A stretch of 32,000 nucleotides of DNA from Candidatus Saccharimonadota bacterium (GTDB taxonomy: Bacteria > Patescibacteriota > Gracilibacteria > BD1-5 > UBA6164), in assembly GCA_965229705.1 (NCBI GenBank), contig OZ245922.1, positions 600,001 to 632,000 on the forward strand, read 5' to 3'. The notes beneath the pieces are model-generated. The model saw only the letters and a program-made list of their open reading frames with translations. It had not been told where the DNA came from and searched no databases. The translations under genes were made by a program, and so were the position numbers. This document shows positions 20,406 through 31,158 of the stretch, one piece after another. Numbering within the stretch: the first letter of the stretch is position 1; the number at the start of each line of letters is the position of its first letter.

Positions 20406-21401
20406 ATGAAACAATATCACGACCTACTCAAAGAAGTACAAGAAAAATGAGTCAAAAAAGAAGACCGAACCGGAACAGGAGTTACCAGTCTCTTTGGCAC
20501 GCAAGCTCGCTATGATCTCCGAGATGGTTTTCCTCTCGCGACCACAAAAAAGACATTTCTTCGCGTTATTATTGTTGAGCTCATATGGCTCATAAGAGGC
20601 GAAACAAATATCAAGTATCTTGTAGAGAGAAATTGTCATATTTGGGATGAGTGGCCTTTTCAGAATTATCTTGAAAAAAACAATCTCACTGAAAAGTTTC
20701 CAAAATATTCTGAAAAGTGGAAAGAAGAGAAACAAAAATTCATCACCAAGATACAAGGGCTTCCTGCCAATGACCCTTTTGTTGTAGAGTGGTGAGACCT
20801 TTGACCAGTCTATGGTCATCAATGGAGAAACTTTAATGGTTGGCACTCTCATGCCTTTACATCAAATATTGCCTCCCTTAGTAAGGGGAGCTGTCCGAAG
20901 GACTGAGGGATCGGTATAGACCAGCTTGCAAAGGTAGTAAAAACTATTAAAGACAATCCAAGTGACAGGCGTATCATCGTCTCTGCATGGAATCCTATTC
21001 AAAAAGATGATATGCTCTTACCTCCCTGCCACGCGTTTTTTCAATTCAATGTTGATACTACAAACAACCTTCTACACCTCCAACTTTATCAGCGAAGCGC
21101 GGATATATTTCTTGGTGTGCCGTTTAACATTGCCTCATACTCAACCCTGCTCATAATGATTGCAGAAATAACAGGATATACTCCGGGGACCTTTGTTCAT
21201 ACGCTTGGAGATGCTCATATCTACTCAAATCATGAGGAGCAAGTTTCCGAGCAACTTTCTCGTGAACCTTTTCCTCTCCCTCAACTGCATATCAAAAAAA
21301 AGCTCAAGACCCTCGAGGATATCGAAAATCTTGAGTGGGAAGACTTTGAGTTAATAAACTATCAGTCCCATGGAGTGCTTAAAGCTCCTGTAGCGGTTTA
21401 A
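20406..21401 (+). CDS. thyA: Thymidylate synthase ThyA (331 aa) with an extra ~20-aa insertion
   Basis: [70 protein letters not shown] and KAPVAV are present. Track ORF 21012-21401 is in the same frame. Confidence 0.95.
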
Positions 21402-21425
21402 GGAATCTCTGAAAGTAAAAAAGAA

Positions 21426-21716
21426 TTATTTGCTTGAGGAAAGAATAGCCGCATTCTTCATTTTTGTGTTTATCTCTAGAGCTCGAACTCGTGATCATGC
21501 ACACCCAAGCGCTATATGTATACCAAAATGTTCTCCTATAGAAACGATATCTCCATCCTCCTTTTCTATGAATATGAGACCTTCATGTGTAATAAAGCGT
21601 GGTTTTTGTTGATCTGGATATGCTAAGGTTAGATCAGTTTTTGATTTATGTATAATAAGTTTTTTTTCATCTTGTAAAATTTCATAAGAATCTCAATGAG
21701 GTTTTTCTACTGACAT
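21426..21716 (-). CDS. Hypothetical protein (96 aa)
   Basis: ATG at 21716-21714, TAA at 21428-21426, two in-frame TGA. MSVEKPHGDSYEILQDEKKLIIHKSK... No family recognised. Convergent with thyA. Confidence 0.45.
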
Positions 21717-21768
21717 TTTTTAGATATAATACAAATATAAAAATCTCGTAAGATTATATGAAAGAATT

Positions 21769-22995
21769 ATGCAAAGTAAAGTATCTTCTATAAAAACATC
21801 TCAGGAAGTTCTGAGAAATAAAAAAATCGCTATTGTGTGCGACTGGATAAAAGACTGGTGAGGAGCTGAAAAAGTACTCGAAGAACTTATGACACTCTTC
21901 CCCACAGCTGATATATTTACCAGTATTTTTTTTCCGGAAAATATGAGTGAACTATTTAACGATTATGCAAGAGTCTCTTATAAAAAAGTTCTTCATACAC
22001 AATTCCTACAAGATAGGTCTCTCATAGAAAAATGAACTATTTTTACCAGTTTTATTCAAAACATTCCTTTTCTTGCTCGACGCCACAAACTCTGCCTCGC
22101 TCTCAGACAAAATGCATTTGAAGACTTTGATCTGAGTGGTTATGATATCGTGATATCTTCTAATAGCGCTGAAAGTAAGTGAGTGATTACCAAGCCTCAG
22201 ACGCTCCACATATGTTACTGCCATACTCCTACTCGCTATTTTTGGTGACAATATGAAGAGTATAAAGACCGTATGGAGTTTGGCGTATTCAATATTCTTG
22301 GAAAATACATATTTTCTAAGATGATACAGCGTTTTCGCAGATGGGATTATGCTGCTGCTCAAAGACCTGATGAGTTTATCGCAAATAGTAAAAATACACA
22401 ACAGCAAATCAAAGAGTACTATAAAAGAGCGAGTCATGTTATCTATCCACCGGTAGAAGTCACAAAATTTCAAAGCCATACAAAGAAAAAAAACTTTTAT
22501 CTCTCTGTTGGAAGATGTATTCCCTATAAAAAGTTTGACCTGCTGGTTGATACGTTTAATACAAACGGTGAAAAACTCGTTCTTATTACCAATACTGATA
22601 ATGCTCTGTATAGAAAGCTCAAGAAAAAGTCACGATCAAATATCACTTGGAAACTCCATATCTCACAGAAAGAAACTCAAACATATTTTGAAAGCGCGAA
22701 AGCGTTTCTTTTCCCTCCTCAGGAAGATTTTGGTATTGTTCCTCTTGAAGCTATGGCTGCTGGGTGTCCCGTAATTGCTTATGGTAAATGATGAGCTCTT
22801 GAAACTGTTGTTCCGTGAAAAACAGGAGTCTTTTTTGATGAGCAAACTCCTGAAAGTCTACAAAAAGCCATAGATATATGTGCATCTATGACCTTTGATC
22901 CTCAACTACTTAGGGAACATGCAGAGAGATTTTCCAGTGATATTTTTCGAGAAAATATACTTCACTTTATTGAGGAGAAGATACGAGAGAGATAG
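21769..22995 (+). CDS. Glycosyltransferase family 4 (group 1)
   Basis: N-terminus KKIAIVCDWIKDWGGAEKVLEELMTLFPTADIFT. C-terminal E-x7-E region [35 protein letters not shown]. Track ORF 22273-22791 is in the same frame. TAG at 22993-22995. Confidence 0.88.
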
Positions 22996-23014
22996 AGGAG
23001 TTTCTCAAAGTTTC

Positions 23015-23977
23015 CTAAAGATCGTGTGAAAGAACTTGCTGAAATTTTGAAAAATTTTCCTCTAACTGAAGCTGATCTATAAATGGATTTATTCGCCCTA
23101 TTGTTGAGTGCTTGCTATCTGTTTTTCCGATTTCATGACAGTCTGATCCAAAAGTCAGTATCAGATCATGTTTTTGTTTTTCTTTCATAATCGCTTTTAC
23201 CCATTCCAGAGGTGCTATCGCATTTACTTCTACTCCTCTTACTCACTTTTTTACATAGTCTTGTATTGTTCTTTCAAACTCAGGAATTTCTCACTTCTTC
23301 TTCATAAACGTCACATTTGGGTGAGCCATAGATACTATCCCTCATGATTTTTTACTCACTTCATGCACTACCTGTTCAATATCTGGTTCATACTTAGGAA
23401 CTTCAAAACCATACTTTCTATACAAGCTTCATTCTCTCTTGAGACACTCGAGATAAAAATGCTGAACAATATTTCTTGTTGGAGCTCGTTCTCATAACAA
23501 TGATCTTGCCTTGTCTCGATTTTCTTTTAAGGACATAAAATATCGAGACATATCATATGTATTTGATGTTACAGGTTCTCTTCAGAGCTTTTCTCTGATA
23601 TAAGCATCAAAGCCTTCTGCAGAACCAATAAATCAGAGCTCATTTACGAGTTTTCGAAACTGTCACCACTTCATATTCATCTTTCCGTCTCGCGAATCTC
23701 ACAAAAGATCGTGAAGTGAGGGTGAGAATTTTTGGGCGTAGCTGGTAAGATGAAGACTCTTACCTAACTGAGAATTTTGAGCAGAAATTTCTACACTATC
23801 GCAGGTAGATATTCATGCTTGCTGTAAATTTCTTTGAAAATCTTCTGGAGAAATAGCATCATGATCTGTAAGAGCCAAGAAACTTAAATGACACGCTTTT
23901 GCTTCTGTTATCACTTCGTCTGGGGTATTTTTTCCATCACTGAGATTTGAGTGGCAGTGCATTTCAATATTTCTCAT
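23015..23977 (-). CDS. PHP-domain phosphoesterase (TrpH/YciV-like)
   Basis: MRNIEMHCHSNLSDGKNTPDEVITEAKACHLSFLALTDHD is the PHP motif I/II, followed by AHP and GSDCH. An alternative upstream in-frame ATG lies at 24013. TAG at 23017-23015. Confidence 0.85.
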
Positions 23978-24039
23978 GGTATGATAAAGTTTAAAAAATA
24001 AAGACGCTGACATTGTAACTCCTGGGAGAAGAGATTTTC

Positions 24040-24633
24040 CTAAAAGGCACCTGACTTATCTTTCCATTTAAAATACGTATTTTTCTTTTTCTGAGTTTCT
24101 ACATATCAATCAGGATCATATTGACTGTCGTTCAAAATAACTGAGCTTGTTATAACCTGGTATATTGTCCATACATGAGGAAAGCTTAGTGATTCTCTCG
24201 ACTCAGTTTCTTCTTCTATACCTTTACTCAACTGCTGATTTCCTAAAATTATACCTAACTCCTCTTTTACCGCTCTCATTATTCAACTTGATACATCTTC
24301 TTTAGGTCATATTTTCTCACTTACAGCAACACGTAAGTGATCTCTGACTCTCATATTTTCTGTCTCATTCCCATCTGTATCTTTAAACACCTGTTTTTCT
24401 TCAAATAATACCTTATCACGCCAAAATATATCCACATTTAATACTTTTACTCTTCTTATTACCCTCTGCGTCTTTTTATCAAAGCTCAACTCTGCTTCTC
24501 ATTGAGACAGTTCTGAATATAAGTCTTCCAAATCCTTTGTTCCCCCCTTACCATATAGACTAATATCAACGGAGTGTTGTGAAAGAAATTTTGAAAGCTC
24601 ATCTACTCAAGAAAACACCAAACTATTTTTCAT
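24040..24633 (-). CDS. Hypothetical protein (197 aa), possibly Nudix-fold
   Basis: ATG at 24633. Track ORF 24307-24489 is in the same frame. EKIGPKEDVSSGIMRAVKEELGI fits E-x7-R(A)UxEExGU, but the leading Gly of the Nudix box is absent. TAG at 24042-24040. Confidence 0.6.
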
Positions 24634-24804
24634 ATAGAAATATTTTATAAAATTATTATTCAATGTACCCAAGTATTATAAATATTTCTATATAAAGAAC
24701 TACAGAATTAGTAAATATGTAAAAATAAATGATTAATAAATTATAAAAATAACTATCTTTGGTTATTATGAGCTTATAATTTATTTGTAAAAATATTTTA
24801 CACT

Positions 24805-25542
24805 ATGATAGAAACTTCTATTCTTCAAAATATTTGACTCACAGAAGTAGAGTCAAAGATATATCTCACGCTTCTGGAAAAATGATCCTGTAATGTCACA
24901 GAGATATCTGAATATTCGGGGTGTAATCGAGTCCAGATATATGATGCCCTTCCAAGACTGAGCGAGAGTAAAATCATAGGCGAAACCATACGATGAAAAC
25001 GAAAATATTTTTTTGCTGAAAGTCCCGAAAATCTCGAGAATATCTTTTATGAACAAAAGCTCAGTTTTGAAAACACTATCTTTCTCCTAAAACAGCGCTA
25101 CGAAAAAAAAGAGTCAAAACCTGAGTTGAGGACTTTTTATACGCGTGAGGCAATGAAACATATTTTCTTTGATGTGATTGAGACGCTGAAACCTTGAGAG
25201 ACATACTATAGGTACTCTTCTCGAAAATTTGATAAACTCAGAGGATTCCTGCCTGACTCCTACAAGAAAAAAAGAGATGAAAAAAGTATTCAGAGAATGG
25301 TGATTACGAGCGATGATCTCAAGAAACAAAAAGAAGAATGAAAAAATATTTTGCATCGTGAGATGGCAGCTATACCAAAAAATTATGATCTCTTTGATGA
25401 TAATATTGTTAAAATTATTTATGGAAATAAAGTTGCTATTGTCGACTATAACACTGAGACATCATTTATTGTAGAAAATAGAAAATTTGCTGAGTTTGAG
25501 AAAAAGATATTCAAACTCCTCTTTCGCTTCCTAGATAAGTAA
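24805..25542 (+). CDS. TrmB-family transcriptional regulator
   Basis: ILQNIGLTEVESKIYLTLLEKGSCNVTEISEYSGCNRVQIYDALPRLSESKII is the TrmB N-terminal winged-helix pattern. Track ORF 25351-25542 is in the same frame. Confidence 0.8.
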
Positions 25543-25592
25543 ATCCACAAATATGTAGTTCTCAAAGGCAAAATTTTTTTTAATCCTCTCTG

Positions 25593-25794
25593 GCTCTCGC
25601 GAGCTATCTCTCCTTTTGCAAAGGAGAGAAAATAATGTCCCCCTCCCTTCGCGTAGTAAGAGACCGGTCTCAGAGAGACCGGTCTCGAAAATGAATGTTT
25701 GTTTGAGTCTTGAAAAGCAACCCCGGGGTTGCTTTTTGGGTGTTTAGAGAAAGGAGAGAAAGATCTGTGTTCCCCTCCCTTAGTAAGGGAGGGG
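25593..25794. repeat. Cluster of GC-rich perfect palindromes between convergent genes
   Basis: CTCGCGAG at 25596-25603. TCTCTCCTTT/AAAGGAGAGA hairpin at 25607-25629. GAGACCGGTCTC twice, at 25660-25671 and 25675-25686. AAAAGCAACCCCGGGGTTGCTTTT at 25713-25736. CCCCTCCCTTAGTAAGGGAGGGG at 25772-25794. A half-copy CCCCCTCCCTTCGCGTAGTAAG at 25639-25660. Confidence 0.85.
25713..25736. terminator. Bidirectional terminator candidate
   Basis: A 24-nt perfect palindrome with a GC core (GCAACCCC/GGGGTTGC), flanked by an A-run and a T-run. It therefore reads as hairpin plus U-tract on both strands, and lies between convergent genes. Confidence 0.6.
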
Positions 25795-25852
25795 CTAGGG
25801 GAGGGTTGTATGTTCAGCTCGGTAGAAACAGAGTAGGTGAGATAATGCTTGT

Positions 25853-26578
25853 TTATTTTCCTATTTTAATGATATACTTATCTACTACATATCTTCATTG
25901 TAGGTTACTTGTCAAAATTCACTGCATATCTTCTTCAATTTCTCAGAGAAGATCACACAAAGTTCAAGTCTTTTGAATATATAATAGTAGAGCCCTAAGA
26001 AAAGATATGTATTCCTCTTTCTCATATTTTTCTGCAAAAAAATACCTGAGCAACTCATCACTCTCTGAGCGAACATGAGAAGTAATCATAGCAAAATAAA
26101 AATCCTCTCCTCCTCGTGCCTGACTAGCTTGAAAAAATGAAGTATTTCAAGAATGACAATGTACTACGAGAACACGACTCAAAATCGTATCCAGAATTCC
26201 TGCCTGAGAGCGAGCTGTGAGTATAATAATATTTCCTTCTCAAGGTTCTTCAAATATCTTCAGGCACGAATTTTGCGCCTGAGGCGTCATGCGAGAAATA
26301 TCTTCAATACAAAAGACCTGAAAAGCAAAACGAGGTTTTACCCTCGCATGACCAAAAAAATCCTTTACCTCTCATATCTTGAGACTCTCATGAGAAAAAG
26401 AAAGTCGAAACATACTCTGCTTATCCACTCCATGCAACTTCATTTGTTCATACACAAAAGCCTCCAAACGAGCGTGAAATATCTCAAAATCGTTACAAAG
26501 AAATAAAAACGGAGCGCATGGTTCTTGTGTTCATAAAGATGTTTTTAGAAGTTCAAACATACCCATACTATTGTTCAT
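25853..26578 (-). CDS. holB: DNA polymerase III delta-prime-like subunit (short form)
   Basis: FCIEDISRMTPQAQNSCLKIFEEPGEGNIIILTARSQAGILDTILSRV matches the clamp-loader delta-prime box (xxNALLKxLEEP...TIxSR). No Walker A is visible. An alternative start lies at 26566. TAA at 25855-25853. Confidence 0.7.
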
Positions 26579-26834
26579 CAAATATGTCTCCGAACATTTC
26601 TTCGAGTATTTGAAGGTTTTCATCTATGAGTTCATTTTCTCGCTGCGTCATTTTTTCTTGCGTGGTTGTATCCTCGTTTTGTGATGGAATATCCATGTCT
26701 GGTATTGTTGCCTGATTTGTTTCGTCAAAGTCTTGTCATGATCATCACGCAAAATCATCTCTCTGAGTATCTCCTCAAAAACAAGAACTTACAAAAATCA
26801 GACTGAGAAGAAAAAAGGAAATATTTATATTCAT
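26568..26834 (-). CDS. Small acidic lipoprotein (88 aa)
   Basis: MNINISFFLLSLIFVSSC has a signal peptide with a lipobox-like VSSC. The remainder is D/E/Q-rich. TAG at 26570-26568 overlaps the holB start region. Confidence 0.55.
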
Positions 26835-26980
26835 AGAATAAATCCACTAAAAAAATATCTAAGAAATACTAGTAATTTTGAGTCTTTTTGCAAATAACAG
26901 GATACTTTTCTCGCTTGTCATAAGGACTTTTTTTTATATACTCCCTTGGTAAAATTATTTTATTTCTTTTTCTCCTTCCC

Positions 26981-29620
26981 GTGATAGAAAGCCTCTTAAA
27001 AAGATTTTTCTGAGATAGTGAAACAAAGAAACTCAAAGAATATCAAAGAGATCTCCAAAAAATCCGTCATCTCGAAAAAGAGTTTGCTCATATGAGCCTC
27101 GAAGATGTACAAAAACGCACCAAAGAACTCAAGACAAACTTCATCTCATTTATGCCTTCAGATGAGATTGATTCTACAGCTCTCAAACAATGATTTGAAG
27201 AAATAAAGCATGAGGCTCTCGCTCTTTGGCTCGTAGCGTGCAAGCTAATATCAAAACAAGAATACACCCTCCAAAATGGGAAAACCCTCTACTGGAATAT
27301 GCTGCCCTACGATGTACAAGTTATATGAGCACTTGCGTTGCATGACTGAAATATTTCTGAAATGAAAACATGAGAAGGAAAAACACTTGTAGCAACTGCT
27401 GCCGCCTATCTCAACGCCCTCTCGTGATACCCTGTACATATTGTTACTGTCAACGACTATCTTGCTTCTCGTGATGCCCATGAGATGTGAGTCCTTTATA
27501 AGGCTCTCTGAATGAGCGTATGAGTCATACATCACGAGCAAGATAGAGAAGAAAAAAAAGAAAACTACCACAAAGATATAGTGTACGCTACAAATAATGA
27601 ACTGGGTTTTGACTATCTCAGAGACAACATGACACAAGAGGCTTCATCTCTCGTAATGGGCAAGAAATTTTTTGCTATTATTGATGAGGTAGACTCTATT
27701 CTCATAGATGAGGCTCGAACGCCTCTTGTCATATCTATGCCCGAAAGTGAGCCAACAGAAAAATACGAGCGATTTGCAAAAATAGCAAAAAAACTCTCTG
27801 CAGACAGTGACTATAAGATTGATGAAAAAGCCAAAACTTCTACCCTCACTGATAGTGGAATAAAAAAAATAGAAGCCGAACTTGGTGTAGAAAATATCTA
27901 TGTTTCCGAAAGATACAATGATCTCCATCATATTGAAAATGCGCTCAGAGCGATGACCGTATATATCCAAGATAAAGACTACATACTCCAAGATGATCAG
28001 CTCATGATTGTTGATGAACATACTGGGCGAGTCCTTCCTGGAAGACGCTATGGAGATGGTCTTCATCAGGCACTTGAGGCAAAGGAAGGTGTTCCCATAC
28101 AACAAGAGTCAAAAACACTTGCAAGCATCACCTTTCAAAACTATTTTCGTATGTACTGGAAACTCTCTGGTATGACAGGAACCGCCAAAACAGAAGAAGA
28201 AGAATTTTATAAAGTATATGGTCTCGAAACTATCTGTGTTCCTACAAATCTCCCTATTGTTCGTGAAGACAAACCTGACCTACTATTTAAAAATGAAAAG
28301 TGAAAGTTTGAATATGTGATTGCTTATATCCAAGAACTTCATAAAAGTGGTCGTCCTATCCTTGTGGGAACTGTTTCTGTAGACAAGTCTGAGTATCTTT
28401 CTACTCGTCTTAGAGAAGTAGGGATTGATCATAATGTACTCAATGCAAAGTATCATGAAAAAGAGGCAGAAATCATTGCCGAAGCAGGAGCAAAATGAGC
28501 TGTAACTATTGCCACAAATATGGCAGGTCGCGGGACAGATATCAAGTTGAGAAAAGGAGTCGTTGAGCTCGGAGGACTCGTAATACTTGGAACAGAAAAA
28601 CATGAAACACGCCGAATAGATAATCAGCTAAGAGGTCGAGCTGGAAGGCAGTGAGATCCAGGAATGACTCAGTTTCTTATCTCACCGAACGATGATATCA
28701 TGCGAATTTTTGGCTGAGATAAACTTTTTGGAATATTTAATTCTCCCATGTTTGCCTCTCTTCCTGACAATGAACCCCTGACTCAAAGTTCTATGCTCAC
28801 GCGGAGAGTTGTAAGTGTACAAAAGCAGGTAGAGGGTCATAACTTTGATGCTCGAAAACATATTCTTGAGTATGATGATGTTATCAATAAGCATCGTGAG
28901 ATTATTTATAGAAGACGAAATGATATACTCAAAAAATCTGAAAATACCCAATTTATTGATACACTTATCTGAGATATTGTTGCAAGAAAAGTGAAGAGTT
29001 TTGTTCTTGCAGAAGAAGGAAAGAGAGAACCCGGAGACCCTCTCAACACAAAAGATTTAGTAGAGAAAGTACATATTTTTCTTGGGAGAAATATTATTGA
29101 TGATATTCTCGAAAAAGAAGATGTATCAGCAATCTCACAAGAGTCTACACTCGCAGATTATATTGCGCAAAGAGCTGCTTCCGAGTTAGACAAGATACGC
29201 TGAGAAACTCCCAATGAAGCAGTATTTTACGAGCTAGTAAAAAAGATACTCCTACTTTCTCTTGATAAGTTGTGGATGAATCATATTGACGCGATGAATA
29301 AGCTGAGGTGACAGGTTGCCTTTCTCTGATACGCACAAAAACAGCCTCTTATGGTGTATAAAGAAAAGGCTTTTGAAAAGTTCGAAAATCTCCTCTCTGA
29401 AATTGATTTGAGGATTTTGAAGTCACTCTTTTCGATAAAGTCTGATACGCAGGTACAAGTTGTGAAAGTTGATGATACAAAGATGCAAATACAAAACTGA
29501 GAATGATCTCAAAACCATACAACTTCTCCAAAACAACATTCGTGAGGAAACCCTTTATTTGCTCAACCACAGACATGACCAAACAGAGCAGAAAGAAGAA
29601 AAAAGAAAATACGAGTGTAG
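26981..29620 (+). CDS. secA: Preprotein translocase ATPase SecA (879 aa)
   Basis: GTG start ([21 protein letters not shown]). MKTGEGKTLVA Walker [28 protein letters not shown] and [12 protein letters not shown] are present. Track ORFs 27581-28303, 28316-28498, 28748-28972 and 28991-29203 are all in the same frame. TAG at 29618-29620. Confidence 0.95.
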
Positions 29621-29638
29621 GTTGTTGTTTTCAATACA

Positions 29639-29724
29639 TGGTACCTGGAGTGGGAATCGAACCCACACGCCCGGGGGGCAAGGGATTTTGAGTCCCTCAT
29701 GTCTACCAATTCCATCATCCAGGC
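29639..29724 (-). tRNA. tRNA-Leu (anticodon CAA), long variable arm, CCA encoded
   Basis: Reverse complement is GCCTGGATGATGGAATTGGTAGACATGAGGGACTCAAAATCCCTTGCCCCCCGGGCGTGTGGGTTCGATTCCCACTCCAGGTACCA. Anticodon stem AGGGA/TCCCT, loop CTCAAAA, T-arm GTGGG-TTCGATT-CCCAC. 86 nt. Confidence 0.9.
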
Positions 29725-29826
29725 AGAAGTGCGTGTGCAATTATAGTAAAAAACTTTCTTTTACAAAGTTTTCAATTTCGCTAAAATTCTCTTATCCCCA
29801 TTTTAAAAAAATACTTCATACCAACT

Positions 29827-31158
29827 ATGTATATATGTACAGAATGCTGAAATGAGTCTCTTACCTGGAAAGGTCAATGTGATTATTGTAAGTCTTGGAA
29901 TACCCTAAAAGAATTTAAAGAATCAAAAATATCGGCAAAGTGAGTAACGGGACAGGCGCAAAATCTCGAAACCATATCCGATCTCAACTCAAAAGAAACA
30001 GACGAAAAACTCATCACCAACTCCCAAGAACTCAATACCGTTCTCTGATGAGGACTTGTACAAGGAAGTATCGTACTGCTTTCTGGTGAACCCTGAATCT
30101 GAAAATCTACACTCACCCTCCAACTCTGATGATGGATACAAAGTGAACTTCTCTATATATCTGGGGAAGAAACTCTCGGACAAATATCTGGAAGAGCAAA
30201 AAGACTCAATATCTCTGGGACACATATCAAACTCCTCTCTGAAAATAACCTCGAAAATATCCTTGCCACTCTTGCAAAACACCAAAGTAAAGTAGTGATA
30301 CTCGACTCTATTTCCGTGATGTATAGCAATGAACTTTCTGGTACTGCTGGGAGTATCGGTCAAGTCAGGTATATAACAGAAAAAATCGTCGAATACGGAA
30401 AACAACACAACACCACCTGTATTATCATAGGACATGTTACCAAAGACGGATCTCTTGCGGGACCAAAAACACTTGAGCACATGGTAGATACGGTTCTCTA
30501 CTTTGAAGGAGAAAAGTTTGATGATCTCAGAATCCTTCGTAATCTTAAAAACAGATTTGGGAGTAGCAGTGAAATCTGACTGTATAAGATGTCCGAAACT
30601 GGACTCTCAGATATCTCCAATCCTGGACTAGAATTTATTTCTGACGGAGATGATATTATTGGTTCTGCACTTTCAATAACGATGGAGTGATCTCGACCTC
30701 TCGTCATTGAAACTGAGGCTCTCACCAGCTACACAAAGTTTTGATACCCTAAACGCTCTAGTAGAGGAATCGCGTGATCAAAGCTCGATCTCATTATTGC
30801 CGTACTCAGCAAGTATACCCCTATCAAACTTGAGAGTTATGATGTTTATGCCAATATTTCTCGTGGACTCACATTTTCAGAACCAGGTCTTGATCTGGCT
30901 ATTGCTGCAAGTATCATATCATCAAAAAGTGGAAAAAGCCTGTGTAAAAAATCTCTCTTTATTGGAGAGATATCTCTTACAGGAAAAATTAAACCAGTCG
31001 TATTTCTCGAAAAGCGTATCAAAGAGGCAGTAAAGCTCGGATTTACAGATATCTTTGTTGCAAAAAAAGCCTCAGCATTTCAGGATATCTGACAAAAAAA
31101 TACCTCTACAAAGATACACACTATTTCGCATATATCTGATCTCATAAAAAATATATAA
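29827..31158 (+). CDS. radA: DNA repair protein RadA/Sms
   Basis: N-terminal zinc ribbon YICTECGNESLTWKGQCDYCKSWN. Walker A GEPGIGKSTL, KNRFG motif and a Lon-like C-terminal domain (GEISLTGKI). Track ORF 30295-30579 is in the same frame. Confidence 0.93.

Noticed and set aside
21470-21540. GAGCTCGAACTC...CCCAAGCGC segment resembling a tRNA T-arm/anticodon on the minus strand
   Set aside because: The stems do not pair into a cloverleaf, and the segment lies inside an open frame (21426-21716).
25590-25830. Possible CRISPR array, because of the repeated GC-rich palindromic units
   Set aside because: The units differ from each other, there is no regular repeat-spacer periodicity, only one unit is duplicated (12 bp, 3 bp apart), and no cas genes are nearby.
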